Origin: a virus
Direction: 5' to 3' (one strand)
Length of the DNA: 44,540 nucleotides
IMG/VR virus record: IMGVR_UViG_3300045988_177818
Coordinates: 1 to 44,540 of that record
A program made the position numbers and the translations under genes. Each line of letters starts with the position of its first letter. Position 1 is the stretch's first letter. The notes beneath the pieces are model-generated. The model searched no databases, was not told the DNA's origin, and saw only the letters and a list, made by a program, of their open reading frames with translations. This document shows, in pieces, positions 8,844 through 17,423 of this stretch.

Positions 8844-8996
8844 ATGAATAGAAACGAATACCGTGAACGCTGCAAACATTACAGCCCGTACAGTGGGCAG
8901 TGCTATAAGAAGTCGTTCATATCGGGAATAGCAAACAATGTGCATGTGAACATGTAATGTGACGGGAAATGTCCCCGTATGAGGAATTATGATAAG
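8844..8996 (+). pseudogene. Frame-disrupted paralogue of the 7138..7296 Cys-rich gene
   Basis: Three consecutive frames read RCKHYSPYSGQCYKKSFI / GNSKQCACEHV / CDGKCPRMRNY. These are collinear with CYQCSYAKDFIGNSCLC...CACDRYGRICENF. Confidence 0.4.
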
Positions 8997-9030
8997 AGAA
9001 ACGGAGTATTAACAGATAAAGAAAGAACAG

Positions 9031-9591
9031 ATGAATCTAAATGAACTGCGCGACCGCGCCTATAAAACCGCTTGCGACCACGGTTTCCATGATGAAGAAT
9101 TGAGTAATGAACACTGCCTTTGCCTTGTCATTAGTGAACTGATGGAAGCGGTGGAAGCGGACAGAAAAGGGAAGCAACCCAACATAATGCAATTCGAGAG
9201 AGGTATTTCATATCCTATGAACGATTTTAAGCAGGTGTATGATTATTGCATTAAAGGCACTGTAGCAGAAGAACTTGCCGACGCCACTATACGCCTGCTT
9301 GATTTGTGTGGATTGCGTAAGATAGACATTGGTGATTTTTTAGATGAAATTATATCCGAAGAAGCAAAAAGATACAATGGTGAAACCTTCACAGAAAGCA
9401 TATATGCTATCTCTACAATTCCAATACGGTGTGAATATGAATATGATTTTTTGTTTAATGAACAAGTGAACGGTATGTTGTTAGGCATTATTGGGCTTGC
9501 CAAGTATCTCAACATAGACTTGTTTTGGCATGTGGAGCAGAAGATGAGATACAATGAATTGAGAGAAAACAAACATGGAAAGAAGTATTAA
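9031..9591 (+). CDS. MazG-like nucleotide pyrophosphohydrolase
   Basis: VISELMEAVEA ... VAEELADATIRLLDL matches the EExxE/ExxxD helices of MazG-like domains. Confidence 0.65.
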   Translation: MNLNELRDRAYKTACDHGFHDEELSNEHCLCLVISELMEAVEADRKGKQPNIMQFERGISYPMNDFKQVYDYCIKGTVAEELADATIRLLDLCGLRKIDIGDFLDEIISEEAKRYNGETFTESIYAISTIPIRCEYEYDFLFNEQVNGMLLGIIGLAKYLNIDLFWHVEQKMRYNELRENKHGKKY

Positions 9592-9593
9592 TC

Positions 9594-9800
9594 ATGGAAA
9601 TAGCAGAACTGATAATTAAAATATCCATCTCCCTATTCAATGCCATTGCATTGGGAATTGTCTTAATCATGGTTGGCAGATGGCACAGGCGAATGGAGAA
9701 CAAACTGGATGAAATAAGAGAATACGCCCGTAGGGTTTCCGACCGTAACGATGTGGTATATATGAACCAGCTCCAATGGTTGAAGAGGCAAGCTGATTGA
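9594..9800 (+). CDS. Small single-pass membrane protein
   Basis: Hydrophobic LFNAIALGIVLIMVG followed by a charged helix. It overlaps the convergent ORF 9667..10125. Confidence 0.45.
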   Translation: MEIAELIIKISISLFNAIALGIVLIMVGRWHRRMENKLDEIREYARRVSDRNDVVYMNQLQWLKRQAD

Positions 9801-10125
9801 TGGCGTTACCGTTACCCTGAATGGCTGACATCAGGTATTCACGACCCACATCACCGTTAAGCTCGGCAGGCAGACCGCCGCCATTGCCAAAGCGGTTACC
9901 GAAGCCGTTACCGCCCCAACAGAACCACAAAAGGATAATCCAGATGAACCACATTCCGCTTCCACCCCACATGTCTTGGTTGTTACGTCCTTGGTTCAGT
10001 AAAGCGAGAAGTCCGGGGTCTACACCCTTGCTTCCCATCAGGTTGGGTAGCATAGCCATAATGTCAAATTTGCTTCCGCCATTACCGCCGTTACCGTCCT
10101 GATTAAAAACGTACGTTCGTTCCAT
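9667..10125 (-). CDS. Gly/Trp-rich membrane protein
   Basis: GNGGNGG...MWGGSGMWFIWIILLWFCWGGNGFGNRFGNGGG. The 3' end is uncertain because of a 134-nt convergent overlap. Confidence 0.55.
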   Translation of the reverse strand: MERTYVFNQDGNGGNGGSKFDIMAMLPNLMGSKGVDPGLLALLNQGRNNQDMWGGSGMWFIWIILLWFCWGGNGFGNRFGNGGGLPAELNGDVGREYLMSAIQGNGNAINQLASSTIGAGSYIPHRYGRKPYGRILLFHPVCSPFACAICQP

Positions 10126-10201
10126 AGAGATTTATATTTATACTAATTACGGTCAATATCAACCGCATCACAAAAGTATAAATACGCAATCTGCCATGAA
10201 A

Positions 10202-10495
10202 TCAATTGTTTCCCAACGACTTCTTTATATTTTCCCAATATATTCTCAACATTTTCCCACCTTCCATGCGCTCCTGGAAATTGGAAATCATGTAGTTTAT
10301 CGCGCGTTTGGTCTCGTGGATTTTAGGAGCTATCTGCGAAGGATACATTCCCCTTTCGACAAGCAACTGTACAAGCAAATAGCGGGCGTCTACGGTTTCC
10401 GTATCCTTATCCGAAGATAGTATTCGGCTGGCGGGTATTTCGGTCTCCTGCGAGACGAGATTAAGTGTTTCGGCAAAGATTTCTGACTTACACAT
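10202..10495 (-). CDS. DnaA C-terminal-domain-like HTH protein (putative regulator)
   Basis: VDARYLLVQLLVERGMYPSQIAPKIHETKRAINY resembles the DnaA domain IV HTH. I chose the ATG at 10495 inside track ORF 10202..10567. Confidence 0.6.
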   Translation of the reverse strand: MCKSEIFAETLNLVSQETEIPASRILSSDKDTETVDARYLLVQLLVERGMYPSQIAPKIHETKRAINYMISNFQERMEGGKMLRIYWENIKKSLGNN

Positions 10496-10561
10496 AGTTT
10501 TTCTGAATTTTATATTTATCTTTGCCCTGCCACATAAAATATTTGATTCTATACGAACAAA

Positions 10562-10620
10562 GCACAAGATACCGTGTTGAAGATATTTAAGCCTCCAACG
10601 TGCGGTATCTTATGCTTTTT
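10562..10620. terminator. Long hairpin with a T-run on the plus strand; possibly a bidirectional terminator
   Basis: 9-bp core aagataccg/cggtatctt (10566-10574 / 10603-10611), followed by ctttttcaaattttt. The minus-sense side has tttgtt. Confidence 0.5.
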
Positions 10621-10708
10621 CAAATTTTTATGTGGCAATAATTATTTGAACGTTGGGGGCTTTCTTTCTACTCTAAGCCCCGAAAGAGCGCCAGCGATAA
10701 GCCGACTT

Positions 10709-11173
10709 CTACATCGTTAATTTCCTTCTTATCTTTATGGTGAGCCAAGCTATCACGAACAAAATACAGGTTAGATTTATCGAAAGACTGGCGCCGCCGT
10801 AATTGATTTTAAACTTCTCCCACCATGACAACTCTTTTTCTACTGGATAAGGCTTTGGTACTTCAACTCTTCTTATCCTTTCGATGAAATACGGTATCTT
10901 GACTGTTACCGTTGCATGAGGGTAAATGCCCAATGAATGGTTCAATATACCATTGCTCCATGAAGCGTAGCTGTAGGCATACGGGTTATGAAGGAATGAT
11001 GTTGTATCGGAAACCGATACGCTGTCCTTGTACGGTATCAGCTTCTCTTGAAATGTAGTGTCATGGTAGATTATGCTGTCGAGAACTTTTGTCTCAACGG
11101 GCATATAAACAGTCCTCGTTCTGCAAGAGCACACGACCAGCACAAGCAATATTACATACAATAATCTTTTCAT
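10709..11173 (-). CDS. Unimolecular-spanin-like protein: N-terminal lipoprotein signal plus C-terminal TM segment
   Basis: MKRLLYVILLVLVVCSC lipobox and C-terminal LTCILFVIAWLTI-KIRRK. ATGA overlap with the upstream gene. It ends the lysis block. Confidence 0.55.
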   Translation of the reverse strand: MKRLLYVILLVLVVCSCRTRTVYMPVETKVLDSIIYHDTTFQEKLIPYKDSVSVSDTTSFLHNPYAYSYASWSNGILNHSLGIYPHATVTVKIPYFIERIRRVEVPKPYPVEKELSWWEKFKINYGGASLSINLTCILFVIAWLTIKIRRKLTM

Positions 11174-12549
11174 ATTTTTTTCCAATTATCCTTTAACCAA
11201 GTAATTTCATCTTCGGTAAAGCTGCGGTCGGCGATGATGATTTTGCCGTGGCAGCCAATATATATATCTTGCGGCTTATTATTAATATTTTGTTGAGCAG
11301 CTCCAATAATCAGAACATCAGTATCATCTAATAAACCTGATTTAATTCCGATACCGTTATACGAGTTCTTTGTTTGATATACAATGCCACTGTCTGCAAA
11401 TATTATACTATTAGTTCTTCCAAAACTAAGAGCCTGATTGGCTCTAAATTCAAACTCAAATGCCCCTAAATTATCTCCGCTTCTGTTTCTTTTACCTATA
11501 AAACAAGAAACGGAACGAATATCAAACCACGTCCTATCCGCCATCACCGCGTAATCCGTTAATATAGGGAAACCGTAGCAGACGGCGTACATCATGCCGT
11601 CGTAGCAGAGCTGGTTAGGGTAGTCAGGGATTTGGGTAATAGTTATATCTACTGTTTCTTCATTCTTAATAATAGCAAAACCGTTCCACGTTTGACTACT
11701 ATTACTCTCTGAAAATGGCAATACATACTCTCCGTCTTGTTTTATTTCAAGTATCTTCCGAACTGATTCTTCGTAGTAGGCATATTGAAGTATATTAGTA
11801 GATAGTCCTTCAATAATCACTTTCATAGATTTCGTTTCATTTGCGCCTTTCGTAAGAATAGTAGTATTAGTATCATTAGAGTATTTCCAATTAAAACTAT
11901 TAGCGCCTAATTCGTAAATACCTTGAATTTTACTCCATGTAGTAAAGTCCTCTTGATAAACTCCCATTCCGCTATTCAGATTCCCCCTACCGCCGTACAG
12001 ATAGGCGTGGTTGCCGTTGCCGCTAAGGTCTTTTAGGATTGATGTAGGGAGTTGGGTTATAATGATGTTACAATCACCTGTTTTATTAACAGCAAAAGCA
12101 ATATATTTGTTATTAGAAGAAACTTTATATACACCATCAGTTTTAATAGTTTGTATTAAGCTATTGGCATTTCTAACTAAAAGATAAGTTTCATTAGAAA
12201 CTCCAGTAACTTTAATAACTAAATCAGAAAAAGGTTCAACATTATCTTCTATAAGATTATTAGTACCTGTTTTCACATTAGTTATATTAAGAGTATTAGC
12301 AGTAATGACTAAAGTTGCCCTATCAGTATGATATTTCCACGTGGTAAAGTCCTCTGCATAACTCTCTATCACATCATAGTTAGTCATACCTTGCTTCGCA
12401 GGGTCATAGATAGCCTTGATAGATTCTTTTAAACCTTTCGGCCATACAAGACCACCGCCCGAAGCAGAGGGGAAACCGACAGACGGGATGCCGATAGTAG
12501 GCAAGCCGATTACGGGGATAGTGATGTTGGGGATCGTGATTGGGTTCAT
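11170..12549 (-). CDS. Hypothetical 459-aa protein with an internal tandem domain duplication and a LamG-like SGNGNH segment
   Basis: EDFTTW...IIITQLP (aa 66-167) is repeated as EDFTTW...ITITQIP (aa 200-~315). DLSGNGNHAYLYG is present. Confidence 0.65.
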   Translation of the reverse strand: MNPITIPNITIPVIGLPTIGIPSVGFPSASGGGLVWPKGLKESIKAIYDPAKQGMTNYDVIESYAEDFTTWKYHTDRATLVITANTLNITNVKTGTNNLIEDNVEPFSDLVIKVTGVSNETYLLVRNANSLIQTIKTDGVYKVSSNNKYIAFAVNKTGDCNIIITQLPTSILKDLSGNGNHAYLYGGRGNLNSGMGVYQEDFTTWSKIQGIYELGANSFNWKYSNDTNTTILTKGANETKSMKVIIEGLSTNILQYAYYEESVRKILEIKQDGEYVLPFSESNSSQTWNGFAIIKNEETVDITITQIPDYPNQLCYDGMMYAVCYGFPILTDYAVMADRTWFDIRSVSCFIGKRNRSGDNLGAFEFEFRANQALSFGRTNSIIFADSGIVYQTKNSYNGIGIKSGLLDDTDVLIIGAAQQNINNKPQDIYIGCHGKIIIADRSFTEDEITWLKDNWKKI

Positions 12550-12552
12550 AGG

Positions 12553-12843
12553 CTATTCCTCTTTAATCATCTTAGCTTCTAATACTTCGGTAGCACTTCT
12601 TATTGTGATTTCCACGCCCGCTACTATTCCGGCGACACGGAATATAGAGTCGGGAGCGTCGTTGTTGTCACGCACGTTAGGATACAATATCACGGGCTTC
12701 ATGCCTTCGATATTGGCAAATACAGTCACCATTCCGCCCTTATTCTTTATCTGTATGGTAACGGGATTGCCGTCGCTGACAAATGTTGCGTAATACGCGT
12801 TCTCGCTTTCGTTCTTTTCAAATGATAAAATTTCTGCTGCCAT
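12553..12843 (-). CDS. Hypothetical protein
   Basis: 96-aa ORF, tightly packed between the amidase gene and the 459-aa gene. Confidence 0.55.
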   Translation of the reverse strand: MAAEILSFEKNESENAYYATFVSDGNPVTIQIKNKGGMVTVFANIEGMKPVILYPNVRDNNDAPDSIFRVAGIVAGVEITIRSATEVLEAKMIKEE

Positions 12844-12848
12844 GATGT

Positions 12849-13436
12849 TTACTTTTTAGAGTTATTCAAATAGTTCATAATTCCCTGTACATGCAGGTTA
12901 ACTATTGCCCGTTTGCCCTCTTCCGATAATAAGAAGTCAACATCTTCTCTATTGTCTTGGAACAGGTTCTCTGTAAGGACTGCTGGGCACTTTGTGTGCT
13001 TCAGGATATAAAACCCACTTTCCTTATCAGGGTCGCCGTCTGACATATCCTTGCGTATCTTCGTGCCCGGCAAAAGTCGTCCGGCTGCCGCATATAAGCT
13101 ATCAGCTAATTTATCAGCTTTCGTCTGACCTATGGAAGTCCATGCTTCCCAGCCACGTGCCTGCATCCATTCCGAACCGTTACCCGCTGCATTGCAATGA
13201 ATAGAAACAAGAAGTGTATCACTCGCTTTGTATTCGTTTGCCCGGCGGCAGCGTTCGGATAAAGGAACGTCTATTTCTTCTTTGACGATGCGTTCGGCAT
13301 CAATGCCTTTCTTTCGCAGTTCCGCTTCCAATCGTACGGCAATCTCACGAGCATACGCATATTCTTTCAATCTTCCGTCCGGTGAACACTTGCCCGGAGT
13401 GTTGCTTCCGTGTCCGTTATCAATCAATACTTTCAT
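12849..13436 (-). CDS. N-acetylmuramoyl-L-alanine amidase (Amidase_3-type endolysin)
   Basis: VLIDNGHG..TPGK, LVSIHCNA and PAVLTENLF motifs. I chose the ATG at 13436 inside track ORF 12849..13517. Confidence 0.85.
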   Translation of the reverse strand: MKVLIDNGHGSNTPGKCSPDGRLKEYAYAREIAVRLEAELRKKGIDAERIVKEEIDVPLSERCRRANEYKASDTLLVSIHCNAAGNGSEWMQARGWEAWTSIGQTKADKLADSLYAAAGRLLPGTKIRKDMSDGDPDKESGFYILKHTKCPAVLTENLFQDNREDVDFLLSEEGKRAIVNLHVQGIMNYLNNSKK

Positions 13437-13617
13437 CCTGTACGTCCCCCTTGAAGTATTTGTCATAAACCACACGAGCCACCCAACCGACAACAGCGCC
13501 GACACCGAATGACACAACAGTAGTCAAGTTTACCCAAAACGGAGTGTAGTGCATGTAAAGCATAACTCCCACGATGATAGCGATAACAATCGCTGCGATA
13601 ATCAATTTCTTTTTCAT
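13420..13617 (-). CDS. Small two-TM protein (holin/antiholin-like)
   Basis: 65 aa with LIIAAIVIAIIVGVML and VVSFGVGAVVGWV. It lies between the holin and the amidase. Confidence 0.55.
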   Translation of the reverse strand: MKKKLIIAAIVIAIIVGVMLYMHYTPFWVNLTTVVSFGVGAVVGWVARVVYDKYFKGDVQDESID

Positions 13618-13621
13618 TTTG

Positions 13622-14098
13622 TTACTCCTTATCTTTAGTTATTATTTCACTCATATCTTCTTTCTCAACATCGAGTACTTTTTTACCGAATAGTCCTAAT
13701 GCTTTTAGTAAGTTGAAATTATATCCTTTGGGCTTTAGAATGTTACTTATAATAGAGCAGAACTCTATAAAGCAGACAAACAGGCATGAATACACATCAA
13801 TATTCCACTTGCTTCCGGAAGCGATGTTTATCATCACCACCATACATACAAAAGCGAAGTAAGTCACCATCTTACCCATAGTCCTGCGGATAGCACTGGA
13901 AAAGCGCACTTCTTCGCCCATCAACAGGCTTTTCCTCACTCCAAATGCCAAGTCACACACTACGACTGAAAATGTCACTATCAGCCACGGTATCATGTGT
14001 TCCAATGACTGTGCAATAAAACTACTCGCTATTACCGAAAATCCCCCAGGTATGCTTTGGGTAATAATGTTATTCTTCATCTTATCGTTATTTGTCAA
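13622..14098 (-). CDS. Holin (toxin-secretion/phage-lysis holin-like family)
   Basis: Multi-TM protein. VVVCDLAFGVRKS...SSAIRRTMGKM resembles the D-x-x-x-G...S...G-K signature of that holin family. Confidence 0.6.
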   Translation of the reverse strand: MTNNDKMKNNIITQSIPGGFSVIASSFIAQSLEHMIPWLIVTFSVVVCDLAFGVRKSLLMGEEVRFSSAIRRTMGKMVTYFAFVCMVVMINIASGSKWNIDVYSCLFVCFIEFCSIISNILKPKGYNFNLLKALGLFGKKVLDVEKEDMSEIITKDKE

Positions 14099-14177
14099 TT
14101 ATTCATATCTTTGTGTCTCTTATCAAATAAGCGAACTACTGTCATTCCGTTTTGCTCGTGAGAGTAGGACGGGATTT

Positions 14178-14630
14178 TCATATCTTACCGTAATAGCGGA
14201 ACCACGCTCCCCATTTACGTTCTTTCAAGTAGTTCGAATTATCCTGGTTGAGTTTGGCTTCCATCTCAAATGCGCTCGCACGGTAAGCGTTTTTATTGAC
14301 CTTACCGTCCCCAATCTTGCTGTCTGTAAACAGATGGTATATAAAGCTCACAAACCATTCTGTCAAATACAAAATGTAATAGAATAGCGGGATAAGGAGC
14401 AACCACCACGCACTGACATGGAACGCCAACAATACGGACGGGATAGCCGCTATCTCCATGCACTCGAAGAACTGTTTCTGATGTGTACGCTCATGGCGTT
14501 CTATCTCGGCGGTTATCTCTTTCAGAATGGATAAGATAAAGCCGAAGAACATTATCGTTGTGTAGTTACCAAACAAAATCATTTTGGCGAGCCAGTTGTC
14601 TAAGTAGATTGTTTTCATATCAAATAGCAT
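14178..14630 (-). CDS. Membrane protein with an HExxH motif (putative zinc metallopeptidase)
   Basis: IERHERTHQKQ lies between hydrophobic segments, with a downstream FEMEA. It is adjacent to the holin. Confidence 0.5.
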   Translation of the reverse strand: MLFDMKTIYLDNWLAKMILFGNYTTIMFFGFILSILKEITAEIERHERTHQKQFFECMEIAAIPSVLLAFHVSAWWLLLIPLFYYILYLTEWFVSFIYHLFTDSKIGDGKVNKNAYRASAFEMEAKLNQDNSNYLKERKWGAWFRYYGKI

Positions 14631-15057
14631 TAAATATTAATAGCACTGTGAAATACTTTGTCCAGTTTATACAATTAAATCCATTTTCAACTGTTACATC
14701 TTCAAATACAATTTGGGGATTACCAGCCCCATTGTCAACATGAGCCGATAAACATCTAACGTCTATATCACCGTCATTATAAACATTATAGTCCATTACT
14801 TCTGCATTTAAACTATACCATTCTATGTGGCGTGCAGGAATGATAGTCGGAGAGCCTTCTCTTTCAAGAGTTATTCCATCATTATCACTAAAGTTGGCAA
14901 TCAAAATCCTACCTGCATAGGCTTGATTTTCAAAATCAGATGCAATGGTAATCTCCTTTAGTAAATTTGCTACTCCACCACCCAAGATTTCAGTACTACC
15001 CACAAACAGCCCAGCTCCAGCCGAACCAACTCTAAGATTACTATTTTCGTTACTCAT
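14620..15057 (-). CDS. Hypothetical protein, tail-fibre associated
   Basis: 145-aa ORF immediately downstream of the tail fibre gene. Confidence 0.55.
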   Translation of the reverse strand: MSNENSNLRVGSAGAGLFVGSTEILGGGVANLLKEITIASDFENQAYAGRILIANFSDNDGITLEREGSPTIIPARHIEWYSLNAEVMDYNVYNDGDIDVRCLSAHVDNGAGNPQIVFEDVTVENGFNCINWTKYFTVLLIFNAI

Positions 15058-15067
15058 AATTGTTGTT

Positions 15068-17158
15068 TTAATCGGTTACACAATATGCTGTATTGGCATC
15101 CTTAGAGCCAAGAGCCTCGTATTCGGCGGCGGTTTTCTTGGTTATGGTGGTGAGGTTGTCGGAAGTGACAATATCCTGTATAATCAATTTATCATAATTG
15201 TGATTTAACGCTTCATTAACATTTATAATACAACATTTTAGAGCATTCTTATAGAAATAAGTAAAATTACAATTAAACTCTCCTTCCGCGGTATTATGTT
15301 TGGCGTATAGATTACTGGCAGTGTAACTACTTCCTACTCCATATCCATTTGCATCATCATACATCCAATCTGTAAATTTCAGTCCGATATATACGTTGTC
15401 ATTAACTCCCTGTAATAAGGAGAGGAACTCAGAGTAAGAGCCAAATAGTTTATTAACTAAAGCTTGAACATCAGTACCATTTATACTCTTATTATTGCGT
15501 AATACTTCTTCCCAAGTACTGTTATTGACAACATATACCTTATCATCCACATACTTTTTCGTCGCCGGATGATAAGGCTGCGTAGGGGTGAACGATGAAG
15601 TGTTGGTCTTGGTGAGGACGTCACCAGTAAACACAAATTCTTTCCAATCAGTCCTAATTCCTTGTTGATTTCCACCGCCTCTTGCAAACCATCTATTAGT
15701 TAGATAAGAGCCATAGATTTGATTAGAACGGCTATAATGGGCGTTTGCGAAAATCAATGCTCCATTCTCATTAATGGGATAATTATTTTCAGGTGTTGTG
15801 TAACCAGCAATGCTTTTCTGCGTAGCAAACCCCGCTCCATTTATGTCATTTAAATCCTCTGATGTAAGATTTAAATGCTCGGGAACTTCCACCCAATCTT
15901 TATTTTTACGACCGTAGACGTTACCGTCAGAGGGGGCTTCGTAAATATGATTTAAAACCTGATACGATTGGGTAGCAACTCCATCCGTGACTGTTATACC
16001 TAATTGGAAAGTAGTTTGTGTAATAATTGCAATCATAAGATTAGCATTATTAGCATCCGTATAGGTAGCCATCGCCATTGCCGGAATATATACAATTTTC
16101 ATTCCTGATTCTTCGGGGATGTTTGCCACAACACATACAGTATCTTTATTGACGATGCTCTGACATATATCCATGAAAGCGTCTTTCCCACCAAAGGCAT
16201 TAAATATCTCATCGGATGTTGCTTGGTCGCTTATGCTCATCGCAGCAGCAGGAATAACTACCACGTTCCCCGAACCGCCGCCCGTTATCTTCCCTTGATT
16301 AACCCAGTCGCCGTTTACCCATGCGTAGTAATCGTAAGGAGCTTCAGTACCTACGGCCATGAACCCGTCAACTGCCGAACCGTCGGGAACGGCGGATTTC
16401 AAGGCTTCAAGGGTGGCGTATTCTCCGGCAATACGGAAAGGAGCACCGGGATTACCACGAGGAATGGCAAAGTTTATTTTGTACTTCGGATTGCCGTCAC
16501 TGTCCACTCCATCCTCTGATATGGTAGCCGTTGCCGTTGACCCGGCTTCAAGCGTGGATATTGTACCTATTGAAAACTGCGGTGTCTTGCCCGTAAAACC
16601 GATAGCACCTGACATATCGACAAGGAACTCAAAGTCACCATCAGCCTTGACATACAATTTTGCATTGTCGGGGTCTTCAACATCACCCGTATTCACCAAT
16701 ACAAAATCACCTTCTGTAATATCCGGATTGCTCTTATCAGCTTCCATGTTAGCAACTGAAGCATATACCTTCTTGATAGAGAAAGCATCGCCTTTGGTGT
16801 AGATGTCTGTCTTGTCGTATGCTTGGGCGGTCTTGTTCCATTTGTAGACATAGTGGTCTTGTCCGATATAGGTAGGATGTTCCGCGGTGTCGTTGGCATT
16901 GGCCGCTGCGGTATCAGCAAGTACCGCCTTTTCATTGGCATTAGATGCAGCGGTATTTGCGTTCTTGGTCGCTACCTCAGAGTTCTTGACCGCATTAACA
17001 ACATCCTGATAGGCTGTCTGAATATCTTCTAAGCTAACCTTTACACTGGTCTTGATACCATCTATGATTTTGTAACCAATGGTATATAACCCTTTCAAAC
17101 TCTCGACAAGAGGAAGTTCTGATATTTTTATCTTCTTACTTGGCATAGTTATATTCAA
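15068..17158 (-). CDS. Tail fibre / receptor-binding protein
   Basis: 696 aa with an Ala/Asn-rich coiled N-terminus, downstream of Tal. The TTG start is at 17158, or the ATG at 17146 (MPSKK). Confidence 0.65.
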   Translation of the reverse strand: MNITMPSKKIKISELPLVESLKGLYTIGYKIIDGIKTSVKVSLEDIQTAYQDVVNAVKNSEVATKNANTAASNANEKAVLADTAAANANDTAEHPTYIGQDHYVYKWNKTAQAYDKTDIYTKGDAFSIKKVYASVANMEADKSNPDITEGDFVLVNTGDVEDPDNAKLYVKADGDFEFLVDMSGAIGFTGKTPQFSIGTISTLEAGSTATATISEDGVDSDGNPKYKINFAIPRGNPGAPFRIAGEYATLEALKSAVPDGSAVDGFMAVGTEAPYDYYAWVNGDWVNQGKITGGGSGNVVVIPAAAMSISDQATSDEIFNAFGGKDAFMDICQSIVNKDTVCVVANIPEESGMKIVYIPAMAMATYTDANNANLMIAIITQTTFQLGITVTDGVATQSYQVLNHIYEAPSDGNVYGRKNKDWVEVPEHLNLTSEDLNDINGAGFATQKSIAGYTTPENNYPINENGALIFANAHYSRSNQIYGSYLTNRWFARGGGNQQGIRTDWKEFVFTGDVLTKTNTSSFTPTQPYHPATKKYVDDKVYVVNNSTWEEVLRNNKSINGTDVQALVNKLFGSYSEFLSLLQGVNDNVYIGLKFTDWMYDDANGYGVGSSYTASNLYAKHNTAEGEFNCNFTYFYKNALKCCIINVNEALNHNYDKLIIQDIVTSDNLTTITKKTAAEYEALGSKDANTAYCVTD

Positions 17159-17208
17159 TAAAAAAAGCCCTTGAGCACAACATATATGGGTGCGTCAGCT
17201 CAAAGGCT
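17159..17208 (-). terminator. Strong intrinsic terminator abutting the tail-fibre start codon
   Basis: Minus-sense AGCCUUUGAGC-N21-GCUCAAGGGCU forms 11 bp. The U-G pair exists only in the minus sense. It is followed by UUUUUUUAUU. Confidence 0.75.
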
Positions 17209-17313
17209 TGTATATATTTTTAAGTCCATTATCAAAATGCCGTACATCTTCACACGGTTTATGTAAACACACTGATAATTTTCTATTCAACATACCCATT
17301 TCTCTGTTTTTCA

Positions 17314-17387
17314 CAAAATTAGTCCAGAAGAAACAGATTTACTTGTTTTTGCTTCATGGATAACAAACCTTTTGCCAATTGTTTGTT
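17314..17387 (-). promoter_or_regulatory. Late promoter 4: dyad 17362-17387 plus 40-nt spacer plus -7 box TAatTTTG (17314-17321)
   Basis: The dyad is the exact reverse complement of the one at 32283-32308. Spacing is identical to the other three copies. Confidence 0.65.
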
Positions 17388-17423
17388 ATTTACATTTTCT
17401 CCTATTAGATACTTCATAGTATT

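Noticed and set aside
9821-10102. Pro-rich plus ORF 9821..10102
   Set aside because: It is the antisense of the Gly-rich gene (GGN codons read as NCC), so it is a composition artefact.
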